A DNA stretch of 64,000 nt from Truepera sp. (GTDB lineage Bacteria > Deinococcota > Deinococci > Deinococcales > Trueperaceae), in the NCBI GenBank assembly GCA_965218435.1, contig CBDCKW010000009.1, positions 896,001 to 960,000 of the forward strand. The letters run 5' to 3'. The notes below the pieces were generated by a model. That model had not been told where the DNA came from and did no database searches. It saw nothing but the letters and a program-made list of their open reading frames with translations. Positions within the stretch are counted from its first letter, which is position 1. Each line of letters starts with the position of its first letter. Positions 19,439 to 29,914 of this stretch are shown here, one piece after another. Made by a program: the position numbers and the translations under genes.

Positions 19439-20936
19439 GGTATTTAGTGTTCAGGTACCCTAAGTAAGGCTTAACGTTTAGCCCTTGGCCGGTACTACGC
19501 TCTAAAAGTTCGTGCGGCGTGTAGATCCGCCCGTGCCGGTAGATATTCTCAGTCAGCCAAGCCCGCAGCGGCGCGTAATCGCCCGCCACCAACGCCTCGT
19601 CCAGACCTGAAACCTGCGCTCTAGCCGCCCCGAAAAATTGCGACGCCATCACGTTACCAACCGTGTAGGTGGGAAACGACCCGAACAGTCCCGCAGACCA
19701 GTGGATGTCTTGGAGTACGCCGGAAGCGTCGTCGGGTGGCGTCAAGCCCAGATACTCGCCTAGTTTGGCGTTCCAGGCTTCGGGTAAATCGGTGACGTTG
19801 AGCGTTCCTTCTAGGAGGGCGGTCTCGAGTTCAGAGCGCAGCATGATGTGTAAGTTATAGGTCACCTCGTCAGCCTCGACCCGGATGAGGCTCGGGGACA
19901 CGCGGTTGACGGCGCGGTAAAAGGTGGGGATGTCTACGTCCCCCAGCTGTTCGGGAAACACGTTTTGCAGCTCTGCAAAGTGCTGCTCCCAAAAAGGGAG
20001 TGAGCGCCCGACCAGGTTCTCCCATAAGCGCGACTGCGATTCATGCGTGCCGTAACTCGCGCCGCCTACGGCGTAAAGTCCTAAAAAGTCGCTGGTCAGC
20101 GCACTCCGCGTCAGCTCGGGTGCGACGCCCTGTTCGTACAAGGCGTGACCGACCTCGTGCAGCGTTCCGAACAGGCTCATCGGCAAATAGCGGCGCTCAT
20201 ACCGCGTGGTGATGCGAACATCTTGCCGGGTGAACGAAATTTCAAAAGGGTGCGCGGAGACGTCGAGTCGCCCGCGGGAGAAGTCGTAACCGAACAGCTC
20301 AGCCGTGTAGAGGTTAAAGGTGCGTTGCTGAGGTTCGGGAAAGTCTCGAGTCAGAAAGTCCCAGCGTGGTTCTTCACGTGAACGAATCGCTGTTAACAGC
20401 GGCAGTAGACCCGCTTTAAGCGAGGCAAAAAGGTCTTGTAAGGTGCGGGTGGTCAGGTCCGGCTCGTACTGCTGCAAGAGCGCGTCGTAGGGGTGCTCGT
20501 TGTAACCGATAGCTTCAGCGAGTTTCTGATTGAGCGTGACCATCTGCGTCAGATAAGGGGCGAAGAGACCGAAATCCGAGCGTTTCCTCGCCTCTGCCCA
20601 AACGTCTTGCGACACGGTTTTGAGGCGGGCGAGTTCGGCGGTAAGCGTGGGCGGAATCCGTTCAAACAGGCTCACCGCCTTACGGACGCTCTGCAAGGTG
20701 CGTATTTGGATAAGGTCGTCAGCAGAACCTTCTTCGGCCTCCGCCAGCGCAGCTTTAAGGCGTTCACTCGTCAGCCGCTCTTGCGCGAGGCTCGAGAGTG
20801 TCGCCAGCTGTTCGCCACGGGTTTCGGCCCCACCGGGGGGCATCTGGGTGCGGGCGTCCCAAGTCAAGACCGACATCGCGTTTAAGATGTCGCTGACCTG
20901 GGCCACTTGTTCTGTCAAGGTTTCAAAGGCGGTCAT
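19419..20936 (-). CDS. Carboxypeptidase M32 (Taq family)
   Basis: HPF, HEVGH, HESQSR, IRVEADE, QDIHW, FPTY. Confidence 0.93.
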   Translation of the reverse strand: MTAFETLTEQVAQVSDILNAMSVLTWDARTQMPPGGAETRGEQLATLSSLAQERLTSERLKAALAEAEEGSADDLIQIRTLQSVRKAVSLFERIPPTLTAELARLKTVSQDVWAEARKRSDFGLFAPYLTQMVTLNQKLAEAIGYNEHPYDALLQQYEPDLTTRTLQDLFASLKAGLLPLLTAIRSREEPRWDFLTRDFPEPQQRTFNLYTAELFGYDFSRGRLDVSAHPFEISFTRQDVRITTRYERRYLPMSLFGTLHEVGHALYEQGVAPELTRSALTSDFLGLYAVGGASYGTHESQSRLWENLVGRSLPFWEQHFAELQNVFPEQLGDVDIPTFYRAVNRVSPSLIRVEADEVTYNLHIMLRSELETALLEGTLNVTDLPEAWNAKLGEYLGLTPPDDASGVLQDIHWSAGLFGSFPTYTVGNVMASQFFGAARAQVSGLDEALVAGDYAPLRAWLTENIYRHGRIYTPHELLERSTGQGLNVKPYLGYLNTKYRELYDL

Positions 20937-22300
20937 ATCTCTCCCAAACGTTCCCACAACCGCGTCCACGCGTGTAACCCTTCAAAGAGCCGTGGGAGTC
21001 TAAAAAACTCGTTAGGCGAGTGGATGTCTTCGTCCCCGACGCCGAACGCAAAAAAGATGGTGTCCATGCCCAGCAACCGCTGAAACGTGGCGCAGACGGG
21101 CACGGTTCCGCCGACCCCGACGAGCAGCGGGTCTTGGCCGTACAGGTCGTTGAGCACTGCTCGAGCGGCCTGCAAACCGGGATGCTCACGGGGTAACCGG
21201 TACGCGTCGGCTCCATGTTCGGACTCTCGGACTTCTAAATGGACGCCTTGGGGTAGATGCACCTTCAAGTGATTGGCTACCTTTTGCACGATGTCTTTAG
21301 GGTCTTGCTTTGGGACCAAACGGCAGGTGATTTTGGCATGTGCTTCGCTCGGGATGACCGTTTTACCCCCCTCGCCCTGGTAGCCGCCCCACATGCCGTT
21401 GACCTCTAAGGTGGGCCGGTGCCACCCACGCTCGAGCGTCGTGTACCCCGCTTCACCGTAGGGTGCAGGGCTCCCGACTTCGGCTAGATAGGCGGCTTCG
21501 TCAAAGGGTAACGCGGCCACTGCCTGACGCTCAGCTGGGCTCAAGGCTTCAACATCATCGTAAAATCCTGCCACGGCGACGCGCCCGTCCTCGTCATGCA
21601 AACCGGCGATCAGACTCGCCATAGCGTGCAACGGATTAGCGACGCCGCCCCCGTGCCTGCCTGAGTGGAGGTCTTTGCCGGGGCCGCGAACGGTAAACTC
21701 TAAAGCCGCTAAACCCCGACTGCTGACGTTTAGAGACGGCGTGTCGGCCCGCCACATCGCGCCGTCGGCGGAGATGACAAAATCTGCCCGGAGGCGTTCG
21801 GCGTGCTCACGAACAAAACTCTCCAAGTTCGGACTGCCGACCTCTTCTTCACCTTCAAACAAAAACTTGACGTTGAGCGGCAAACGGCCCTCAGTTGCAA
21901 AAAACGCCTGCGCCACCTTGATGGTGGTCAGTAGCGGCGCTTTGTCGTCGGAGACGCCGCGTGCGTAGATACGGTTATCCCGGATGGTTGGGGTAAACGG
22001 CGGGGAATGCCACTTTATAAGCGGGTCAGGAGGTTGCACGTCGTAGTGGGCGTAGACAAGGACTGTAGGTTTGCCCGGTGCGCCGAGCCACTCAGCAAAG
22101 ACAATCGGGTGGCCTTTGGTTTCGATGATTTGGGGCTCGAGCGGCCCCGCTTCGGTTAGTTGGGCTGCCACCCAACGTGCGGCGCGGGCGACTTCATCTT
22201 TATAGTTCGTATCGGTGCTGATACTGGGAATTGACGCGAACTCGAGCACCTCCCGTAAAATCTCGTCTTTGTGCCTGTCCAGGTACTCGTGGGCGTCCAT
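20933..22300 (-). CDS. M20 family dipeptidase
   Basis: HYDVQP, RGVSDDK, EGEEE, DLHSG, HSPNE. Confidence 0.92.
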   Translation of the reverse strand: MDAHEYLDRHKDEILREVLEFASIPSISTDTNYKDEVARAARWVAAQLTEAGPLEPQIIETKGHPIVFAEWLGAPGKPTVLVYAHYDVQPPDPLIKWHSPPFTPTIRDNRIYARGVSDDKAPLLTTIKVAQAFFATEGRLPLNVKFLFEGEEEVGSPNLESFVREHAERLRADFVISADGAMWRADTPSLNVSSRGLAALEFTVRGPGKDLHSGRHGGGVANPLHAMASLIAGLHDEDGRVAVAGFYDDVEALSPAERQAVAALPFDEAAYLAEVGSPAPYGEAGYTTLERGWHRPTLEVNGMWGGYQGEGGKTVIPSEAHAKITCRLVPKQDPKDIVQKVANHLKVHLPQGVHLEVRESEHGADAYRLPREHPGLQAARAVLNDLYGQDPLLVGVGGTVPVCATFQRLLGMDTIFFAFGVGDEDIHSPNEFFRLPRLFEGLHAWTRLWERLGEI

Positions 22301-23065
22301 CTATTTACCCCCGTCGATAGACAAAACTTGCCCGGTCACCCAACTTGCGTAAGGCGACGCGAAAAATAAGACCCCGTTGGCGATGTCGTCAGGCGTGCCC
22401 AGCCGTTTAAGGGCGATGCCTTCGACAAGCGCCTGCTGCCCCGCCTCACCGTAAGCTTGCCACTGCTTTTCAGTCGTCGGATTTGACCGGACAAACCCCG
22501 GCGCGATGTTGTTCACCGTGATGTTCCACGGCCCGAGTTCATATGCGAGCTGCCGCGTCAGACCGATCTGCGCGGCTTTCGCCGCCGCATACGCCTGAAT
22601 CCCCGTAAGGCTGACGCCCAAACCGGCTCCGCTCGAGATATTGATGATGCGCCCGAACCGGGCGGCTTTCATCGCCGGCGCGACGGCTTGAGAAAAGTAA
22701 AACGCGCCGTCTACATTGACGCCGAAGATACGCGCCCAGTCTTCAGGAGTGATGGTCTCGAGGGGCTGCCCCACCTGCCCGAGGACGCCCCCGGCGTTGT
22801 TGACCAAAACCTCGAGGCCGCGTTTTTCGGTCACTTCTTGCACAAACGTCTCGACGGCGGCTTTATCCGACACGTCAACGGTGCGCGTCTCGAGAGAGCC
22901 GGATAAACCATCTGCGTCCACTGCCGTTTGGACTAAACCTTTTTCGTTTACGTCGCACGCCCACACGTTGCTGCCGAGTGAGGCGAACTTAACGGCAATC
23001 GCTCGCCCAAACCCGTGCGCTGCGCCGGTGACGATAACCGTTTGGCCGGAAAAGTCAAAGGTCAC
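22301..23065 (-). CDS. SDR oxidoreductase (FabG-like)
   Basis: TGAAHGFG, NNAGG, YAAAK. Confidence 0.9.
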   Translation of the reverse strand: MTFDFSGQTVIVTGAAHGFGRAIAVKFASLGSNVWACDVNEKGLVQTAVDADGLSGSLETRTVDVSDKAAVETFVQEVTEKRGLEVLVNNAGGVLGQVGQPLETITPEDWARIFGVNVDGAFYFSQAVAPAMKAARFGRIINISSGAGLGVSLTGIQAYAAAKAAQIGLTRQLAYELGPWNITVNNIAPGFVRSNPTTEKQWQAYGEAGQQALVEGIALKRLGTPDDIANGVLFFASPYASWVTGQVLSIDGGK

Positions 23066-24084
23066 GCGCGTTCCAGCTGAGCCTGCCTTAAAGCCTCGAG
23101 CGCCTTCCAACCCTGCTCGAGCTTTCCATCTTCAACGTCATGAATCAACTCGATAAGCTTCTCTGTAATCGGTGTTTTAACCCCTACCCGCCGCCCCGCC
23201 GTAACAATCGCCCCGAGCTGCGGGTCAACCTCGGTGCGGCGTTTACGCACCGCTAAATCTCGCCAGATGCCGCTGTGCGTTTTGGCTGATTTACGGTTAA
23301 ACGCCACCATCTCGTCAAGTGAGCGTTGCGACACCGCCTCCGGCGTATTCGGCATAAACGCCTGCGGGTCAAAACCGTTAAACGCTTCGGGATGAATCTT
23401 TAGAGCGTCAGCCACGCGTAAAACCTCTTGGCCCAGCGCGATATAGAGCGCACGGTAATCGGGATGGTCTAACGCGTCGGCGATTGAAGCGTTCGTTAAA
23501 GCAGTAGCAAAGAGCATCGCGCCGTAAGCTAGTTTGCCCCATAGATAACCCCAGATATTGGGCGTCGTCATCGCGTCGTCGTCAAACGTTAAAAAGAGCT
23601 CGTGCAGCTCTTTAAGTCGGGGTGTTTCCTGACCGTCCAGCTCACCCAAGACGACCGCGCCGCGCCCGCCGTAGTGGATGACGCCGGGCTCTTGATAATC
23701 TGCCCCAAAATTGACAAATGAGCCGATGACTCGAGCCTCTCCCAGTACATCCGCTAAAGTCAGCTCATTCAGTCCGTTTTGGACGGAGACGACGTAACCT
23801 TGTTCGGTGAGGTGATGCTGAAGAGCGGACAAAGCCGTTTCGGTATGTTGCGCTTTGGTGCAAAGTAGAATACGCTCCCACTGCCCGGTAAGTTCTCCGG
23901 GTGTAAATGCCGGAACGCGGACGTTAAAGGTCTTAATAGGTCCACTAATACTTAAACCCTGATCCGAAATGGCCTTGACATGCTCAGCCACCGTATCTAC
24001 CAGCGTGACCTCGTGACCCGCCCTGGCAAAATAAGCGCCCAAGGTGCCGCCGATTGCGCCTGCACCCCAGATTAAAACCTTCAC
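23062..24084 (-). CDS. Ketopantoate-reductase family oxidoreductase
   Basis: GAGAIGG, QNGL, WGKL, RRTEVD. Confidence 0.88.
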   Translation of the reverse strand: MKVLIWGAGAIGGTLGAYFARAGHEVTLVDTVAEHVKAISDQGLSISGPIKTFNVRVPAFTPGELTGQWERILLCTKAQHTETALSALQHHLTEQGYVVSVQNGLNELTLADVLGEARVIGSFVNFGADYQEPGVIHYGGRGAVVLGELDGQETPRLKELHELFLTFDDDAMTTPNIWGYLWGKLAYGAMLFATALTNASIADALDHPDYRALYIALGQEVLRVADALKIHPEAFNGFDPQAFMPNTPEAVSQRSLDEMVAFNRKSAKTHSGIWRDLAVRKRRTEVDPQLGAIVTAGRRVGVKTPITEKLIELIHDVEDGKLEQGWKALEALRQAQLERA

Positions 24085-24788
24085 GCATTGCCCCAATTCT
24101 TTTCCAGCAGCTCCCGCGTCTCCGCAATGGCGACTTTCCAGATCGCGTCCATATCCTCATCAGGACGCTCAAAATAGCCACCGAAATTGCCCTCTTTTAG
24201 ATATTCACGCAGCTCTTGCGGCGCGAGCATTCGCATATGCGCCGCGTCAATCATCGGCTTTTGCTCACTGGGTAACTCAACCCCCGGCAGCCGCGTCCAG
24301 GGAAAGTTCTCCATCCACGAGGCGTGCGAAGCTTGCGGGTCAATCTCGTGAACTTTTTGCAGCGTTTGGGGAGCGTTCCACCAGTTGTGAAACTTGACGC
24401 GGCACCCAGGGTTGTCGGCCATCCACTCGCTGACGAACCCTTGCGCCGGAGTATTGCCGCCGTGCCCATTAACGATTAAGATACGCCGAAAGCCGTTTTC
24501 AGCGAGGCTGTCGAGCAGGTCTTTGACCAGGTTCAGGTAGGTCACCGTGCGTAAGGTGACGCTACCGGGATAGGCGCGAAAGTAGGGCGTCAGGCCGTAG
24601 TTGACGGTTGGAAAGACCGGGACGCCGGTAGGCTCGGCAGCTTCCAGCGCCACCCGTTCGGCTAAAATATTGTCCACGCAGAGGCTCAGATAAGCGTGTT
24701 GCTCGGTCGAGCCGAGGGGCAGGACAGCTCGGTCATCGTGTTTGAGATAATCTTCAACTTGCAGCCAGTTCAGCTCGCGGATAGTCAT
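24081..24788 (-). CDS. Creatininase family amidohydrolase
   Basis: PLGSTEQH, VD, NGHGGN, HAS..E. Confidence 0.9.
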   Translation of the reverse strand: MTIRELNWLQVEDYLKHDDRAVLPLGSTEQHAYLSLCVDNILAERVALEAAEPTGVPVFPTVNYGLTPYFRAYPGSVTLRTVTYLNLVKDLLDSLAENGFRRILIVNGHGGNTPAQGFVSEWMADNPGCRVKFHNWWNAPQTLQKVHEIDPQASHASWMENFPWTRLPGVELPSEQKPMIDAAHMRMLAPQELREYLKEGNFGGYFERPDEDMDAIWKVAIAETRELLEKNWGNA

Positions 24789-25743
24789 CGTTCCTCTTTT
24801 CATGGCGTAACTTTTCGGTGAGGGGGAGAAGCTTTGTTTCTACCGAATGGGGTTCGGGAGTGTGGCGGTACTCAAAGGTTACGACGTGCGGCGGCGCTGA
24901 CGCGGCAACGGCCTCTGAACCCGTGGCGTACACCACGACCTCGCTCCGGGTGAGGAGTTCAGGGAGGTCGGGGCTGTGAAGGGTACTCGAGCGCACCTCG
25001 GCGTGCGGCGCGTAGGAGACGACGCCGCGTTTCATCGTCGGTAAAAACTCTGGAAACGTCGCTACGATCCCGAGCCGGGTTTTTGGGACGAGTGCAGCAA
25101 GCGCCGCACAAACCTCGCTAGCGGGTAAAAAGTTGACTGAGGTGAGCGGCTGGGCGCGGCGGAGCAGTTTGCGGACCGCGCCCTCGCGGTGGCCCAACGT
25201 GACCACGAGGTCGGCCTTCTCCACTTGAAGCCGTCCGTCAGGTTGCGCCAACGCGTCTAACGTTATTCCCCGGAGGCGGTCGGTAGGTTTTAAGAAAAGC
25301 CTCAGCGCGTCCGTATAGGCGCGGGTCGCCTCGGGAAAAATCCCGACAAAGACGAGCTCGAGCGGCTCGGCTGGTCGGTAGCTGCGCGCTTTGAGCTGGA
25401 CGAGGTGCGCGAGTTCACCGGCTTCGTACCCGAGGGCGTAAGCACGCTCGAGCAGTTCGTCAGCGACGTGGTGGAGCGCCGTAAAATCGCGCGCAGGAGT
25501 CATGGGTGACTCGGTGACGTAGGTGCCTTTACCGGGAATGGTCTCGAGCAACCCCTCTTGCAACAGCTCTTTATAAACTTGCGACACTGTCGCGGGCGCG
25601 ACGCCCAACGTGCGTGAGAGGTCCCGAACCGACGGCAGCTTGCTCCCGCGCCCAATGTCGCCATGTGCGACACCATACTCGAGCTGGCCGCGAAGTTGGA
25701 CGCCAACGGAGATGGGTAGGGTGCGGTCGAGGTAAAAGTGCAT
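24754..25743 (-). CDS. GntR (YtrA-like N-terminus) regulator with extended C-terminal domain
   Basis: LPSVRDLS...TVSQVYKEL...GKGTYV HTH. Confidence 0.85.
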   Translation of the reverse strand: MHFYLDRTLPISVGVQLRGQLEYGVAHGDIGRGSKLPSVRDLSRTLGVAPATVSQVYKELLQEGLLETIPGKGTYVTESPMTPARDFTALHHVADELLERAYALGYEAGELAHLVQLKARSYRPAEPLELVFVGIFPEATRAYTDALRLFLKPTDRLRGITLDALAQPDGRLQVEKADLVVTLGHREGAVRKLLRRAQPLTSVNFLPASEVCAALAALVPKTRLGIVATFPEFLPTMKRGVVSYAPHAEVRSSTLHSPDLPELLTRSEVVVYATGSEAVAASAPPHVVTFEYRHTPEPHSVETKLLPLTEKLRHEKRNDDYPRAELAAS

Positions 25744-25772
25744 ATCAGGGTGACTCGTAAACGGCTCGAGGT

Positions 25773-26864
25773 TTATACGGTGCCGGGTGAGGTCGTTTTG
25801 ACTGTCTCGGAAGCTGAAGGGCTACCTTTCCGGGACCCGTCATTACGGTGGCCTATATCGTCGTAAAGGTGACACGCGGTCAGGTGACCTGATAGACCGG
25901 CCAGTTTAAGGTCGGCTGGGGGGTGAGCCTCGAGCTTGGGCTTCTCGGTTTTACAGCGGTCAAAGGCGTGCGGGCAGCGGGTATGAAACGCACAGCCGTT
26001 GGGTACCTTGAGCGGACTCGGCAGCTCACCTTGAACGGCTGCCACCGTGCTCTTTTTCGCCGGGTCGAGGTCGGGGGCCGCGGCGAGGAGCGCCTGCGTG
26101 TACGGGTGTTGCGGACGCGCAAAGATGGTTTCGGTATCGGCCACTTCGACGACGTTACCCAGATACATCACCGCCACGCGGTGTGAGATGTGATGGACTA
26201 GCCGCAGGTCGTGCGCGACGAACAAGACGGTCAGGTGGAGCTTGTCTTGCAGTTCTAAGAGCAAGTTGACGACCTGCGCCTGCACCGACACGTCGAGGGC
26301 CGAGACGAGTTCGTCGGCGACCAGACACTCGGGTTCGACCGATAGGGCGCGGGCGATGCCGATACGCTGACGCTGGCCACCGGAAAACTCGTGGGGTAGT
26401 CGCTGCGCGGCGCTTTGGGGGAGACCGACAAGCTCCAACAGTTCAGCAATCCTTCCTTTAATCTGCTCCGGCGCACAGATACGGTGAACGCTCAAAGCTT
26501 CAGCAAGCGTCTGTTCAACGCTCATCCGTGGGTTAAGTGAGCTGTAAGGGTCTTGAAAGACCATTTGGACGCGGCGGTTGTACGCCCGCAGTGCCCCACC
26601 GCGCAGTGCTCGCACGTCCGCGCCGCCATATTCGATAGTGCCGCCCTCGGCTTCGTAAAGCCGGACTAAGCAGCGCGCCAAGGTAGACTTACCGCAACCC
26701 GACTCACCGACGATGCCCAAGGTTTCACCGCGCTTGACCTCGAGGTTGACCCCCGTCAGCGCCCGCACGACCGGTTTCGGTGTACCCCGAAGTCGCCCCC
26801 AAAACGGTGTTTTGACCGGGAACGTCTTGGTCAGGTTTTGAACACGGAGGAGCGTCTCGCTCAC
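25773..26864 (-). CDS. Peptide/nickel ABC ATPase (OppF/DppF-like)
   Basis: [18 protein letters not shown]-terminal Cys motif. Confidence 0.93.
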   Translation of the reverse strand: MSETLLRVQNLTKTFPVKTPFWGRLRGTPKPVVRALTGVNLEVKRGETLGIVGESGCGKSTLARCLVRLYEAEGGTIEYGGADVRALRGGALRAYNRRVQMVFQDPYSSLNPRMSVEQTLAEALSVHRICAPEQIKGRIAELLELVGLPQSAAQRLPHEFSGGQRQRIGIARALSVEPECLVADELVSALDVSVQAQVVNLLLELQDKLHLTVLFVAHDLRLVHHISHRVAVMYLGNVVEVADTETIFARPQHPYTQALLAAAPDLDPAKKSTVAAVQGELPSPLKVPNGCAFHTRCPHAFDRCKTEKPKLEAHPPADLKLAGLSGHLTACHLYDDIGHRNDGSRKGSPSASETVKTTSPGTV

Positions 26865-27850
26865 GCTGCCACCTCAGCTCTAGGGAGTAGGTCATGATGA
26901 ATACACGCTGAACGTTGGGCGGGAGCCACCTCTTTAAGTGGCGGTACGCCCGCCCTACACGCGCCGTCAGCGTAAGTACAACGTGGCGCAAAGGCGCAGC
27001 CGTCAGGCAGGTCTAGTAGGTTGGGCGGCGCACCGGGGATGGGCGACAGGGGTTGACGCCTCGAGCCTTCGCCGGGAAGTGAGCGTAACAGCCCGAGCGT
27101 GTAAGCGTGTTGTGGCGTCCGTAAAAGCTCCGTGACCGGCGCAGTTTCGACGATACGTCCGCCGTACATCACGGCTACCCGGTCACACGTCTGCGCCACC
27201 ACACCGAGGTCGTGCGTGACGATGACGACGCTCATCTCGAGCTGGTCTTTAAGACGCAAAAGCAGTTTTAAGATTTGGTCTTGAATGGTGACGTCGAGTG
27301 CCGTGGTCGGTTCGTCGGCTAGTAGGAGCTTGGGGTTTGACGCGAGCGCAATCGCAATCATCGCCCGCTGCCGCATCCCGCCGGAAAACTGATGGGCGTA
27401 ATCCTTTAAGCGTTCGCGGGGTGAGGGAATACCGACCAAAGACAGGAGTTCTTCGGCCCTCGCTTTCGCTGCTTTTTTAGAAAGCTGTTCGTGCTCGTCC
27501 AAACTCTCTAAAATCTGTTCGCCGACGGTCAACACCGGGTTCAGCGCCGTCATCGGTTCTTGGAAGATGATGCTGATTTCGCCCCCGGTGACCTTGCGCA
27601 GCCGTTTTTGCGATACTTTCAGCAGGTCTTCGCCTTGCCACTGCACTTCGCCCTGAAGTTTGGTGGGTGGTCGCAACAACCGCAAGATTGAGCGGAGTGT
27701 GACGCTTTTGCCCGAGCCCGATTCGCCGACGATTCCCAAGACTTCACCGGGATAAACGTCAAAACTGACGTTGTTGACAGCTTGCAGTGGCCCCCTCGAG
27801 GTGGCAAAGGTCGTGCTCAGGTTGCGGACTGAAAGGATAGGCTTGCTCAT
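26861..27850 (-). CDS. Peptide/nickel ABC ATPase (OppD/DppD-like)
   Basis: GESGSGKS, FSGGMRQR, DEPTTALD. Confidence 0.93.
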   Translation of the reverse strand: MSKPILSVRNLSTTFATSRGPLQAVNNVSFDVYPGEVLGIVGESGSGKSVTLRSILRLLRPPTKLQGEVQWQGEDLLKVSQKRLRKVTGGEISIIFQEPMTALNPVLTVGEQILESLDEHEQLSKKAAKARAEELLSLVGIPSPRERLKDYAHQFSGGMRQRAMIAIALASNPKLLLADEPTTALDVTIQDQILKLLLRLKDQLEMSVVIVTHDLGVVAQTCDRVAVMYGGRIVETAPVTELLRTPQHAYTLGLLRSLPGEGSRRQPLSPIPGAPPNLLDLPDGCAFAPRCTYADGACRAGVPPLKEVAPAQRSACIHHDLLPRAEVAA

Positions 27851-28704
27851 GCGCGCGGCCTCAACAGATCGGCCAGCCCGTCTCCAATCAAGCTAAAGGT
27901 CACCCCCGCAGCGGTAAGCGCCAAACCCGGAAACGTCGTCATCCACGGCGCGGTGACCATAAAGTTCTTGCCGTCGGCGACCATCACGCCCCATTCGGCG
28001 GTCGGGGGTTGTGCGCCTAAACCCAGATACCCTAACGACGCACCGAGCAAAATCCCGAGCGACATATCGGTCATCAGATAGACGATAGCGGGGGTGACAG
28101 CGTTGGGTAACAGGTGGCGGAAGATGATTCTCGAGGGCGAATAGCCCATCACCTTAGCTGCTTGCGCGTACTCCGCTTTTTTCTGGACGAACATCTCGCC
28201 GCGTACGAGCCGCGCGTAGTAAATCCAGCCCACCGAACTCACAGCGATATACATATTTAAGAGTCCAGGGCCTAACACCGCGACGATAGCGATGACTAAA
28301 ACCAAAAACGGAAATACGACGACGACGTCAACGATGCGCCCGAAAATCGCGTCAAGCCAGCGGCCGTAATAGCCGGTCAGCGCCCCGACGAAGGTGCCGA
28401 AGATAAAGGGAAACAGGGTGGTAAAAAGGGCAATCTGCAGGTCAACCCTCGCGCCCCAGATGACCCGTGAAAAGATATCGCGGCCGAAGTTGTCGGTCCC
28501 GAACGGGTGCGCGGTGCTCGGCGGTTGCATCAGGGCGGTGTAATCGAATTCAGCCGGGTTATACGGGGCGAGCTGTGCCGGGAACAGTGCGGTGATTAAA
28601 AAGACAAGCAACAGTAACAGCCCGACAAGTAGCGTCGGTTTAGGGCGAACACGCAGAAGACTGCGGGGGGCGTTTCGTTCGGTGCTGAGCGTAGGGGAGG
28701 CCAC
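27847..28704 (-). CDS. Peptide ABC permease (OppC-like)
   Basis: HPFGTDNFGRD, LGYLGLGAQPP. Confidence 0.92.
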   Translation of the reverse strand: MASPTLSTERNAPRSLLRVRPKPTLLVGLLLLLVFLITALFPAQLAPYNPAEFDYTALMQPPSTAHPFGTDNFGRDIFSRVIWGARVDLQIALFTTLFPFIFGTFVGALTGYYGRWLDAIFGRIVDVVVVFPFLVLVIAIVAVLGPGLLNMYIAVSSVGWIYYARLVRGEMFVQKKAEYAQAAKVMGYSPSRIIFRHLLPNAVTPAIVYLMTDMSLGILLGASLGYLGLGAQPPTAEWGVMVADGKNFMVTAPWMTTFPGLALTAAGVTFSLIGDGLADLLRPRA

Positions 28705-28715
28705 AACACCCCTTT

Positions 28716-29657
28716 CTAGGCGTACTCGGTACGCGGGTCGAGCGCGGCGTACACGAGGTCGGTGAGTAAAAACACCAGTGAGACGAGGAGCGCGAAGGTC
28801 AGCGTCAGGCCCTGAATGACCGCGTAGTCACGGCCGAAGATGGCGTCTACCATCAGGCGTCCCACACCGGGAATGGCAAAGACCGTTTCGGTAATCACTG
28901 CGCCGCCGATGAGCTGTCCGATGCTGAGGCCGAAGAGCGTGACGGTCGAGATCAGCGCGTTACGCAAGATATGTTTGAGCACCACGACGCGCCGTTTAAG
29001 ACCCTTGGAGCGGGCAAACTCGACGTATTCGGCGCTGAAGACTTCGATGATCGAGGCGCGCAGGTTACGCATCAAAATAGCGGCCAGATAAAACCCGAGC
29101 GAAAGTGCAGGCAAAAAGAGGTAGTATAGGTTTTGGACGAAGTTTTGGCCGATACCGCCGACGGGAAACCAGCCTAAACGTGCGCCGAAAAAGGTCAAAA
29201 GCTGTAACCCGACGTAAAAAACCGGGACCGAGAGCCCGACCTGAAACACGCCGCGAATGAGCGCGTCCACCCAGGTATTGCGGGTAAAGGCAGCCAAAAT
29301 AGCGAGCGGCACCGCGAGCAGCGCGGCGAGAACGGCGGCGTAGAGCGTCAGAAAGAGCGTCACCGGCATCCGCTGAGCGATCAGCGTCAGCACCGGTACT
29401 TTGAGGTTGATCGACGAGCCTAAGTTGCCCTGAAAAAAGTCTTTGATAAAAATGCCGAATTGGACCGGCAGCGGTTGGTCAAGCCCCAACTGTCGGTTGA
29501 TCCGCTCAACGGCTTCAGGCGTGGCCCGCTCGCCTAAGATGGCGCTCGCCGGGTCGCCGGGTAACAGGCGGACCATCACAAAAACGAGCAGCATCACTAC
29601 AAAAAACGTCGGGATAATCTGTAAAAGCCGCGTTAGCGCGTACTGCCACCTGTTCAC
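28716..29657 (-). CDS. Peptide ABC permease (OppB-like)
   Basis: PGDPA, ARSKGL, ETVFAIPGVG, LDPR. Confidence 0.92.
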   Translation of the reverse strand: MNRWQYALTRLLQIIPTFFVVMLLVFVMVRLLPGDPASAILGERATPEAVERINRQLGLDQPLPVQFGIFIKDFFQGNLGSSINLKVPVLTLIAQRMPVTLFLTLYAAVLAALLAVPLAILAAFTRNTWVDALIRGVFQVGLSVPVFYVGLQLLTFFGARLGWFPVGGIGQNFVQNLYYLFLPALSLGFYLAAILMRNLRASIIEVFSAEYVEFARSKGLKRRVVVLKHILRNALISTVTLFGLSIGQLIGGAVITETVFAIPGVGRLMVDAIFGRDYAVIQGLTLTFALLVSLVFLLTDLVYAALDPRTEYA

Positions 29658-29914
29658 TCAGCCCCCTCACAAGCACAGCTGTCTACTAGGTTCTGTTGCC
29701 CTTTTGCTTTAGTTATAACGACTTCTGCCGCCGGACGCGTGAGTCGTCAGGTATCAGAAGTCCGTAGCCAAAAGCTTTCAGCCTTCTGCGTGGGTAATAT
29801 CAGTTATGCAGTTAAGTAAAGCTCTCGCAAGTAGAGATCAACACAACTCAGCTAAACCAGTGATTCAAGCAAGCCTTGTGGCGTATCACAGGGCTGCTTG
29901 CGTTAAGGTTAAGG